From Bdellovibrio sp. (lineage in GTDB: Bacteria > Bdellovibrionota > Bdellovibrionia > Bdellovibrionales > Bdellovibrionaceae): a stretch of 64,000 bases of DNA. The stretch is from the NCBI GenBank assembly GCA_036677065.1, contig JAKFBS010000003.1:384001-448000 (forward strand), in the 5' to 3' direction. The position numbers and the translations under genes are program-made. Position 1 is the first letter of the stretch. Every line of letters begins with the position of its first letter. The notes under the pieces are model-generated. The model made no database searches, was not told where the DNA came from, and was given only the letters and a program-made list of their open reading frames with translations. This document shows positions 9,988 through 18,001 of the stretch, in pieces.

Positions 9988-10512
9988 ATGGCTGTAATGC
10001 AAAACACTTCTGAAAAATCAAAATGGTACTTACCCGGGATTTTAACCGGCATGGGTATTACCATGAGACATATGTTAAAAAATATTTTTAACAAAAAAGA
10101 AATGATCACTTTAAATTACCCAGAAGAGAAGTATGAATATTCTCCAAGATTTAAAGGTAATCATATCTTAACAGTTAAAAAAGACGGTGCGATTCGTTGT
10201 ACCGCTTGTATGTTATGTGCGACAAACTGCCCAGCAGATTGTATCAAAATCACAGCCAGCGAACATCCAGATCCACATGTTGAAAAATACCCAATTGCGT
10301 ATGAAATCGATATGCTACGTTGTGTATTCTGCGGTTTCTGTGAAGAAGCGTGTCCGGTGGATGCGATTCGTTTAGGGCCTGAGTGGCAAACACCTGGCTT
10401 AAACGGAGCAAACTTTACATACGACATCAAACACTTAGCTTACCGCCCAGGTCTTAAAGGTGGAATTCAATCTGTAGTAGATGATCAAGAGCGTTTAAAA
10501 TCAGGTATTTAG
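9988..10512 (+). CDS. nuoI: NADH-quinone oxidoreductase subunit I
   Basis: Two CxxCxxCxxxCP 4Fe-4S motifs; TLNYPEEK. Confidence 0.95.
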   Translation: MAVMQNTSEKSKWYLPGILTGMGITMRHMLKNIFNKKEMITLNYPEEKYEYSPRFKGNHILTVKKDGAIRCTACMLCATNCPADCIKITASEHPDPHVEKYPIAYEIDMLRCVFCGFCEEACPVDAIRLGPEWQTPGLNGANFTYDIKHLAYRPGLKGGIQSVVDDQERLKSGI

Positions 10513-10569
10513 TTGATTGGCGCGCCTGCGGCGACGACTTATACAGCTGAAAATTAGAATCAGGGAATT

Positions 10570-10601
10570 AAAAAGGAGAAGTGAAAACTTCTCCTTTTTT
10601 T
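10570..10601. terminator. Bidirectional intrinsic terminator
   Basis: AAAAAGGAGAAGT-GAAA-ACTTCTCCTTTTTTT between convergent genes. Confidence 0.85.
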
Positions 10602-10603
10602 AT

Positions 10604-11215
10604 TTAGATATCGATACCTAAGAAAAATTTAATATATGTTCCGCTTAAGTCGATATCTTTGGTGGTGCTGTTCACTGAATTAGTAGCGCCACTCCACTTA
10701 GTATTCATAATTCCAGTTTCAGCTCCAACGATTAATGGAATAATAATTAAAGGTTTCACTTCTAGTTCAAGTCCTAAAGAGTATGACTTTAAACTTCCGC
10801 CAGAGTAATCCACAACGTTTGAGCCTGATTGAGCTACGCGAATGTTGGCACTGTGATCAACACCATACGAACCGATTAAGCCAAAATGAATGATCGTGTC
10901 GATAAAGCGATAATTAATTAAAGCGGCAGTTCTGTTTAAGCTGGCTTCGCCTTCGACTCCATTTTTATTTACATCTAATCCTAGTTTTTCAGTGCGAATA
11001 CCAAAACCAATTGGAACTAACGGAAGTTTTACAATCACATCAGCACCTAAGCCATAAAGAGGAACCATATCGGGTGCAACACCTTCGCATGAAGTGCCGG
11101 CGCAAACATCTTTAAGCGCATCTTTGGCGACTACTCCTGTATATGTAGCGCGAGCCGTAAATAAAGCCCATGAGCTCATGGGAAAAAGTAATACTAACAA
11201 CAATAGTTTTTTCAT
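10604..11215 (-). CDS. Outer-membrane beta-barrel protein
   Basis: Signal peptide MKKLLLLVLLFPMSSWA after SD AAAGGA; beta-strand pattern; C-terminal YIKFFLGIDI. Confidence 0.6.
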   Translation of the reverse strand: MKKLLLLVLLFPMSSWALFTARATYTGVVAKDALKDVCAGTSCEGVAPDMVPLYGLGADVIVKLPLVPIGFGIRTEKLGLDVNKNGVEGEASLNRTAALINYRFIDTIIHFGLIGSYGVDHSANIRVAQSGSNVVDYSGGSLKSYSLGLELEVKPLIIIPLIVGAETGIMNTKWSGATNSVNSTTKDIDLSGTYIKFFLGIDI

Positions 11216-11368
11216 ATGCAAATGTCCTTTGCGTGTCTTCGACACGACTTCAAAATACCATTATGTCTTAGACAGATGGTCTTGAGAATTGGACAAATGT
11301 CAGTGGTCTAGTCTAAATATCAGCTAAATCGCTTTGTTATTTGTGCAATTTCAGTTTGAAATAAGAGT

Positions 11369-12343
11369 ATGAACTACCTTTACGCTGAAAATTACCAAGC
11401 ACTCAATGAACAGTTGTCAGAAGCTGTTTCTGAAAAGTTTGGCCAGCCGTTAAAGGTGCGTGCTTTTGAAAATGTGATGTTAGCCGGCTATGATTTGTGT
11501 TTTGGTTTATTACAGTTTTTATCACATCGCCCCAAAGTAGGATCAATTCGTTCCGGCTCGAGTTTGCAAGAGTGTTTATTGCCGCATTTTTACCGTTTAC
11601 AAACACCGCTACTTTTTAAAAAAGAAAATGAAAATGTAGCGCAGTATATTTCGCAATTTGATCATGAAGTAAATTTTGTATTATGGTCTTCAGAAAACGA
11701 AATCACTGGCGAGAAAATTTTAAACCTTGAGCAACGCCAAGAACTCCATAAATTATTAGCAGCTAAAAGAATTTTTTCTATTGAAGTTAAGTCTAAATTT
11801 ACTGTTGAAGATGCTGATATTATAAAGCAGTTTGGCTATTCAGTACTTATCGAATCGGGTTCCGCCTTCAAAGACGAAAAATGTCTTGTTTATCATGGCG
11901 AAAAGTTGAAAACGCCGACCTTGATTGGTCATTATCAGAATAATTTAGACACGGTGAAAAACTACCTTTCAAACGCCGCGACTGAAGTATTAATCAACAC
12001 AGCGCTCCTGAAAAAGATCGATGACTTCGTGTTAAATTATTTTAACCGCTTTGCTATGAAACCAGCAACTTTACAGGATCGCTTAGTGATCTGTTCGAAA
12101 ACAGTAGCGGGATCAGCTCTTAAAGCTGAATTGAATTTAACAGCAGATCAGGCTTTCGCTCCAAGTGAACTTCCTAGTTGGGTTATTGAGGCCATTCCGG
12201 CCTGGTGGGCCGAGGCGAAAAACGTGGATTTGATGATGGGACTATTAATTATTGATCTCAATGCAGTGAGTGAGAATACCTTACAAAAAATCTCTGAAAT
12301 CCACGATAAACTAACTAAAGAATCGACTTGGTCTATTTCTTGA
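11369..12343 (+). CDS. Hypothetical protein, possibly a degenerate PLP-dependent class V (IscS/NifS-fold) protein
   Basis: 324-aa ORF; [12 protein letters not shown] resembles [12 protein letters not shown]; catalytic residues not seen. Confidence 0.45.
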   Translation: [324 protein letters not shown]

Positions 12344-12373
12344 CACCTTTGGCCAAGGCCATAATATTACAGG

Positions 12374-12739
12374 GTGAACGAAACAAGTGTACTTATTGTC
12401 GATGACGACAAAGACATTCAAGCCGCTATTAAAATGATCCTTGAGTTGCATGGTTACGTTGTTAATTGTGTCTCGAATGGTAAAGAGGCCTTAGAGGTTT
12501 TAACTCGCGGCCCAGCCCCATCAGTTATTTTGTTAGATCTAATGATGCCAGTGATGGATGGCTTCGAATTTATGAAAATGATGGAAGGTGGCCACATTAA
12601 CCCTAAGGTTCCGATCATTGTTATGACTGCTGCCCGCAATAAGGCTCATGAAATAAAAAATTATACAACGCTACTAAAGCCATTCGATGTTACTAAACTG
12701 TTATCGATTCTTGGAGAACAATATCAAACAACTGTCTAG
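12374..12739 (+). CDS. Single-domain response regulator
   Basis: VLIVDDD, LLDLMMPVMDG and KPF motifs. Confidence 0.92.
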   Translation: MNETSVLIVDDDKDIQAAIKMILELHGYVVNCVSNGKEALEVLTRGPAPSVILLDLMMPVMDGFEFMKMMEGGHINPKVPIIVMTAARNKAHEIKNYTTLLKPFDVTKLLSILGEQYQTTV

Positions 12740-14423
12740 AAGCCGTTTGCAGCGGGTTTTTACATTTCACAATTTATTGATTGTGGTGAGTTTTGCTCTG
12801 GCGATCATTTCGTTTGCACTGATGCAAAAGTACATCGAAGAAAAAAATCACTCCAAGATTGAGTTTCGCGCAAAGACCGTAGAATCACTTTTAGAAAAAT
12901 CATTTAATCAAAATTTAGAAGTCATTTACTCGATTCAAAATTTATTCTTCACACGCAAAGATGTTTCGCGCCAACAGTTTAAAGATTTCGTATCGAATTC
13001 ACTGCTACGTCACCCTGGTCTTCAGGCCATCGAACATATGATTCGTGTTACAGGTGCAGAACGGGCAAAGTATGAATCTCAGTTAAAAGCTGAAGGTTTC
13101 TTAAACTTTGTGATTAAAGAGTTGGGCCCTGATGGAAAATTAAAACCAGCAGCAAAACGCGATCATTATTATGTGCTTAATTTTGTTGAGCCTCTACAAG
13201 AAAACATCGCAGCGCTTGGCTACGATGTCAGTTTTACGCCAGAAGCCAATGAAGCCTTGATGATAGCTGAAACTAATGGCCTTGGTGTTTCACCTTGGTT
13301 AACTCTGGCTCAGGGAGAGCTTGGTTTTGTAGTTTACCTAAGTATTCAAAAAACGAGTGGCTTTGCCGCCGGTGTTTTTCGGTTAAAAAAATTCATTGAA
13401 GCAGCAATTGTTTCGTCACAAGCCGACGGGGTGGATTTTATCGTCGAAGAAGTTACCAAAGATGCTGCCCACTTAAAAGCGCTTCGCTATGACTCGCAAG
13501 CAGCTAAATTAGTTAGCTTTACAGAAATCGAAGATGATGTTGATGAGGAATTGATTTTTAGCACATTGTTGACGATAGGGCAGCGTACTTGGCGGTTTAC
13601 GCATTTTCCGTCAAGCCAGTATAAATCAGCGATCCATTTAGGAATTCCATATGTAGCAGCTTTCATCGTATTGTTATTGATGCTAGCGGTAACGTTTTTT
13701 CTACATGAACGAGATGGGCGTGTAACTGCCGAAATAGCGACAAAGGTGCGTGAAGAATTTATGACGGTCGCTTCGCATGAACTACGCACGCCACTGACGC
13801 CTCTTAAAATGGAAATCTTTTTGGTGAAAGAGCTGATACAAACAGGGCAGGCCAGCCAAGAAAAAATTTTAAGCCTTCTGGATAATGCGAATAAACATTT
13901 AAATCACATTGTGGCTCTGATTGATGATCTATTAGATGTGGGCCGCATCGGCGAAGAGCATTACCAGTATAATCTTTCGCAATTTAAGCTGGATCTTCTG
14001 ATTCGTGGCACGGTAGAAAAATTTGAGCCAGTCTTTAAAGCTAACAATTGCTCGGTTCAAATGACTTTGCAGCCTGAAGTTGAAGTTTATTGGGATGCCC
14101 AGCGCATCGAGCAAGTGATTACGAATGTCTTAAGTAATTCAGTGAAATTTTCGACCCAGGCAATTATCGAAATCAATTTACGTGTTGAGGGCGATTCGGC
14201 CATCTTCAGTATTAAAGATAATGGTATCGGTATTTCAGAAGAGTTTCAGAAAAAAATGTTTAATAAATTTGAACGTGGAGTTTCTAGTCAAAGTTATGGT
14301 GGTTTGGGTTTGGGGTTATACATCGTTCATCAAATTATTAAATCCCATAACGGATCTGTTCGCGTGAAAAGTAGTCCTGGACAAGGAACAGAGTTTATTT
14401 TTCAGGTTCCACGCAATGTCTGA
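12687..14423 (+). CDS. CHASE-domain membrane sensor histidine kinase (true start uncertain, probably downstream of 12687)
   Basis: Two TM segments flanking a CHASE-like region (EPLQENIAALGYD); H-box ASHELRTPLT; N, G1 and G2 boxes. Confidence 0.88.
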   Translation: MLLNCYRFLENNIKQLSRSRLQRVFTFHNLLIVVSFALAIISFALMQKYIEEKNHSKIEFRAKTVESLLEKSFNQNLEVIYSIQNLFFTRKDVSRQQFKDFVSNSLLRHPGLQAIEHMIRVTGAERAKYESQLKAEGFLNFVIKELGPDGKLKPAAKRDHYYVLNFVEPLQENIAALGYDVSFTPEANEALMIAETNGLGVSPWLTLAQGELGFVVYLSIQKTSGFAAGVFRLKKFIEAAIVSSQADGVDFIVEEVTKDAAHLKALRYDSQAAKLVSFTEIEDDVDEELIFSTLLTIGQRTWRFTHFPSSQYKSAIHLGIPYVAAFIVLLLMLAVTFFLHERDGRVTAEIATKVREEFMTVASHELRTPLTPLKMEIFLVKELIQTGQASQEKILSLLDNANKHLNHIVALIDDLLDVGRIGEEHYQYNLSQFKLDLLIRGTVEKFEPVFKANNCSVQMTLQPEVEVYWDAQRIEQVITNVLSNSVKFSTQAIIEINLRVEGDSAIFSIKDNGIGISEEFQKKMFNKFERGVSSQSYGGLGLGLYIVHQIIKSHNGSVRVKSSPGQGTEFIFQVPRNV

Positions 14424-15030
14424 GTTGCAAAATAAGTTTATTATCTTACGTAAAATGAAATACGGTGAGGCAGACTTAATTATTCACGCCTTATCTATAG
14501 CGGGCGCGAAAAAATCTTTTATTGCACGTTCTGCTTTAAAAAGTAAAAAGCGTTTCGGTGGTGGTGTGTTAGAACCCACACACTTTGTGTTGCTTACGTA
14601 TAAAGAAAAAAAATCTGATGATCAGCTCAATGTTTTAAATGAAGCTGTACTGATCGATGATTTTAAAGATATTCGTGCAGATTATGATAAATTAGAGTTC
14701 GGTCTATTTATGTTAAATTGTGCATATCACGTTTCACAAGAAGGTGATTTTGATTCACACTTCTTATTTAACCTTGTTGGGCACTCACTACGCCAATTGG
14801 GTAAAACCACAAACCTTCAAAGATTTAAGTTACATTTCTGTCTTAAATTTCTATTTCAACAGGGCGTAATTTCAGTCGAAGACTGGATGTCTCCGTTTTT
14901 AAAGATCAATATGTCTGAATCAGAACAATTAGATCAGGTTTCTGATATGGCTGAAATCATCGATAACTATACTGATTCAATCGAATCGCAAGTGCTTCAT
15001 TATATTAAAAATGCAGATACCGGGTTTTAG
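14416..15030 (+). CDS. recO: DNA repair protein RecO
   Basis: IILRKMKYGEADLII and ARSALKSKKRFGGGVLEP N-terminal OB-fold motifs. Confidence 0.88.
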   Translation: MSELQNKFIILRKMKYGEADLIIHALSIAGAKKSFIARSALKSKKRFGGGVLEPTHFVLLTYKEKKSDDQLNVLNEAVLIDDFKDIRADYDKLEFGLFMLNCAYHVSQEGDFDSHFLFNLVGHSLRQLGKTTNLQRFKLHFCLKFLFQQGVISVEDWMSPFLKINMSESEQLDQVSDMAEIIDNYTDSIESQVLHYIKNADTGF

Positions 15031-15632
15031 TTCTGCGTTGAAACTTTTTTAGATTTGCTATTCGAACGCGTGCCGCTTTTTACCGGCGCTGCTGCTGCGG
15101 GAGCAGAACTGCTACTGCCGCCGTTTTTCATCGACTTAGCCGGTGATGCATTTATTTTTTTCATGATAGCTAATGCATCACATTTTTCTTCGATCAGATC
15201 TTCATCTTTATAAAAAATAGATGGGTTAATCACTAAAGGATCGATATGAGAAACTCTTTGGTGAGGTAATGTTCCTGCTTTCGTTGCATAACAACGGTAA
15301 GCAAAGCGCATGTCAATGCCGCCATCTTCTACGTAATCAATTAATTCAAAGCGATAGAAATTACAGCGATCGTCGACTTGTTTCAGTTTTGCCCCGATAG
15401 CTTTACTGTAATTTACAAAATCTTTATTTCTTTCTCGGGAAAGTTTAAGCATTTGCGTCGCTACACGATTGGTACATTCTGCTTTATTTTTTTGAACATA
15501 AGCATCCAATGATAGCGGACTTCCTTTATATTGGGTGTTTTCTAATTTATGAGCCACTGGGTAAAGTATTTGCTGCGAATAAGCCAAACTTGAAGTAACT
15601 GAAATTAGTATTAAAACGACTGCTTTTTTCAT
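15027..15632 (-). CDS. Secreted hypothetical protein with low-complexity basic tail
   Basis: Signal peptide ending LAYS; four Cys. Confidence 0.6.
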   Translation of the reverse strand: MKKAVVLILISVTSSLAYSQQILYPVAHKLENTQYKGSPLSLDAYVQKNKAECTNRVATQMLKLSRERNKDFVNYSKAIGAKLKQVDDRCNFYRFELIDYVEDGGIDMRFAYRCYATKAGTLPHQRVSHIDPLVINPSIFYKDEDLIEEKCDALAIMKKINASPAKSMKNGGSSSSAPAAAAPVKSGTRSNSKSKKVSTQN

Positions 15633-15716
15633 ACTTTTATTTTACAAAGTAATTGTGATCTGCGCGCAATAAAATATCAGTTTCACAGACAAACAGGTAA
15701 TAAGGCTAGTGGGTTG

Positions 15717-16652
15717 TTAATCGATTTTCTTTTTTGAAAGCGGATGTTTAACTTCAACGATTCTAGCAAGCGTATCAATATTAAGATGTGTGTACTTTTC
15801 AGTGGCCGTTAGACTGTCGTGACCAAGCATAGATTGTAGAGTCCTAAGATTAGTACCACTGGCCAACATATGCGTCGCAAAGCTATGACGTAATGAATGC
15901 GGATGCAGAGGATTCATCAGACCCACCTGTCTTCCGAGAGTTCGAATCAGTTCATAACCTTTGCGTGTCGACAGAGGCTCTTCACCAAATACAAATTCCA
16001 TATTTTTATGACGTGCATGAAAGGCACTAAGAACATCATTGCAGGTCTCAGGAATGATAATTAAACGCTCTTTATTGCCTTTTCCGACGACCAGAATTTT
16101 TCGCTGATCAAGTTGAACGTTCTTCCAGCGAAGATTGCAGGCTTCGCTGATACGCATTCCGCCGCCGTATAATAAATTAAATAAGGCTTTTTGAATCTGT
16201 GCATCTTCGTCAGTAGAAGTATTTAAAAATTGAAGCACGCTAATCACTTCGTCGACTGAAATAAAATGCGGAATTTTCTTCGGAACCTTAGGGCAAACCA
16301 ACTGGTCAGCGTAGTTCTTATCGATCAATCTTTCATTGTAGAGCCAATTGAAAAAGCTCTTTAGCGTAGCGATCTTACGGTTACGGGAAGCGGGTGAAAG
16401 TTTACCCCATTGGCTTAAAGAATCACGGCAAGTTAGCCAAAGATCTTCGCCATTATTAAAGCTCAAGGCCTTAACATCGGCTAAATTAATCAAATTATTG
16501 TTTTTACGGGTGTGTCTTTTGGGGGTGGCCGATTGAAAGAATGCTTGGTTCAAATCAAGGGTATAAGCCTTAATCGTTAAAGGTGAGCAAGATTCAATAT
16601 TTTCTAAGTATTTCAAGAAGTTATGAATCTGTTTGGTCAGTAAATAAGCCAT
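15717..16652 (-). CDS. xerC: XerC/XerD-family tyrosine recombinase
   Basis: LYGGGMRISE, GKGNKER, HPHSLRHSFATH, LGH and TEKYTH; XerC versus XerD not certain. Confidence 0.8.
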   Translation of the reverse strand: MAYLLTKQIHNFLKYLENIESCSPLTIKAYTLDLNQAFFQSATPKRHTRKNNNLINLADVKALSFNNGEDLWLTCRDSLSQWGKLSPASRNRKIATLKSFFNWLYNERLIDKNYADQLVCPKVPKKIPHFISVDEVISVLQFLNTSTDEDAQIQKALFNLLYGGGMRISEACNLRWKNVQLDQRKILVVGKGNKERLIIIPETCNDVLSAFHARHKNMEFVFGEEPLSTRKGYELIRTLGRQVGLMNPLHPHSLRHSFATHMLASGTNLRTLQSMLGHDSLTATEKYTHLNIDTLARIVEVKHPLSKKKID

Positions 16653-16841
16653 TAGATTGATTATATATTAGCCAATCGCAATTGAGGGGTCCTAAAATTA
16701 TTTTAACACGATGCAATATTTTCCTTGCAATTATTACTCGACCTTGGTTATATTACGGGCATAACACGGTGTATCAAAATGAGCTAATCATAATGAGACA
16801 CCAACTCTTGGACGTTAAACAGTACGTGAAAGGTAGGCCCC

Positions 16842-17906
16842 ATGTCTTCTAATGACTCTAGCGCAACTACAGTATTACCGAGCTCGCAAAACCAACCGCA
16901 AATGGGTTGGACTGGTAACCAAACTCAAAAAGTTATCGAAACTAGATCAATCATCTATAAATCAGATGTTATGGGTCAGATGATGAAAATGATCGAAAGA
17001 GTTGCTCCTTCACAAGCCAACATCCTGGTTCTTGGAGAATCTGGAACAGGTAAAGAACTTATCGCTCGTGCAGTTCATGAAAAATCAAATCGCAAAAACA
17101 AACCTTTCGTTGCGATCAACTGCGGTGCTTTACGTGAAACACTTTTAGAATCAGAATTATTCGGCCACGAAAAAGGATCTTTCACTGGCGCATACAATAA
17201 AAAAATCGGTTTAGCAGAAGCTGCTAACGGTGGAACATTATTCTTAGATGAAATCGGTGAATTACCTCTTTCTATCCAAGCTAAACTTTTACGTTTTATC
17301 CAAGAGGGCGAAATCTTCCGCGTTGGTGGTAAAGAGTCTATTAAAGTTGATATTCGTTTAATCTGTGCAACTAACCGTGAATTAGACCAAGAAGTTGTAC
17401 GTGGAAACTTCCGTGAAGATTTATTCTATCGTATTAACACGATCGTTGTAGCGGCTCCGCCATTACGTCGTCGTAAAGAAGATATTCCAGTTCTTATTCA
17501 GTATTTCTTATCGCAAGGTCACTCGTACTTAAACCGTGGTAAAACGATTGATGAAGAGGCTTTAAAATTATTAGTTAAATATGAATGGCCAGGAAACATC
17601 CGTGAATTACAAAACGTTTGTGAACGTTTACAAATTCTATCTGAAGGCCACATGATTATGATCAACGATCTTCCTGATTTCGTTCGTAATCCTGAAACTA
17701 AAGAAGAAGGCATGGATTTCGATCCGACTATGCCATTATATGAATTAGAAAAACGTTATATCATTAAAGCCCTTGCTCACTATGGTGGAAACAAAACTCA
17801 GGCAGCACAAGGTTTAGGTATCACGATTAAGACTCTTTACAACAAACTTCATGAGTACGGTGAGTTCGAAAAATACGCTGTTCACACGAAGCCAGCTAAG
17901 GACTAA
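16842..17906 (+). CDS. Sigma54-dependent enhancer-binding protein (AAA+ and Fis HTH) with no N-terminal sensory domain
   Basis: [47 protein letters not shown] and HTH GNKTQAAQGLGI. Confidence 0.92.
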   Translation: MSSNDSSATTVLPSSQNQPQMGWTGNQTQKVIETRSIIYKSDVMGQMMKMIERVAPSQANILVLGESGTGKELIARAVHEKSNRKNKPFVAINCGALRETLLESELFGHEKGSFTGAYNKKIGLAEAANGGTLFLDEIGELPLSIQAKLLRFIQEGEIFRVGGKESIKVDIRLICATNRELDQEVVRGNFREDLFYRINTIVVAAPPLRRRKEDIPVLIQYFLSQGHSYLNRGKTIDEEALKLLVKYEWPGNIRELQNVCERLQILSEGHMIMINDLPDFVRNPETKEEGMDFDPTMPLYELEKRYIIKALAHYGGNKTQAAQGLGITIKTLYNKLHEYGEFEKYAVHTKPAKD

Positions 17907-18001
17907 ATTATAGTTGATCACTCCGAATGTAGCACGTAGATCAGACCGGAGATTAAAACGAACTTGAATATAGAAACGTTGGCAGATCAAGTTCGTTCGT
18001 T

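Noticed and set aside
1660..11367. Identical 12-mer TTGAAATAAGAG just upstream of genes at 1682 and 11369
   Set aside because: AT-rich 12-mer repeats are expected by chance in 64 kb; only two copies were noticed
15717..16652. Tyrosine recombinase as a phage or island integrase
   Set aside because: Size and motifs fit housekeeping XerC/D; no att repeats, adjacent tRNA or mobile cargo seen
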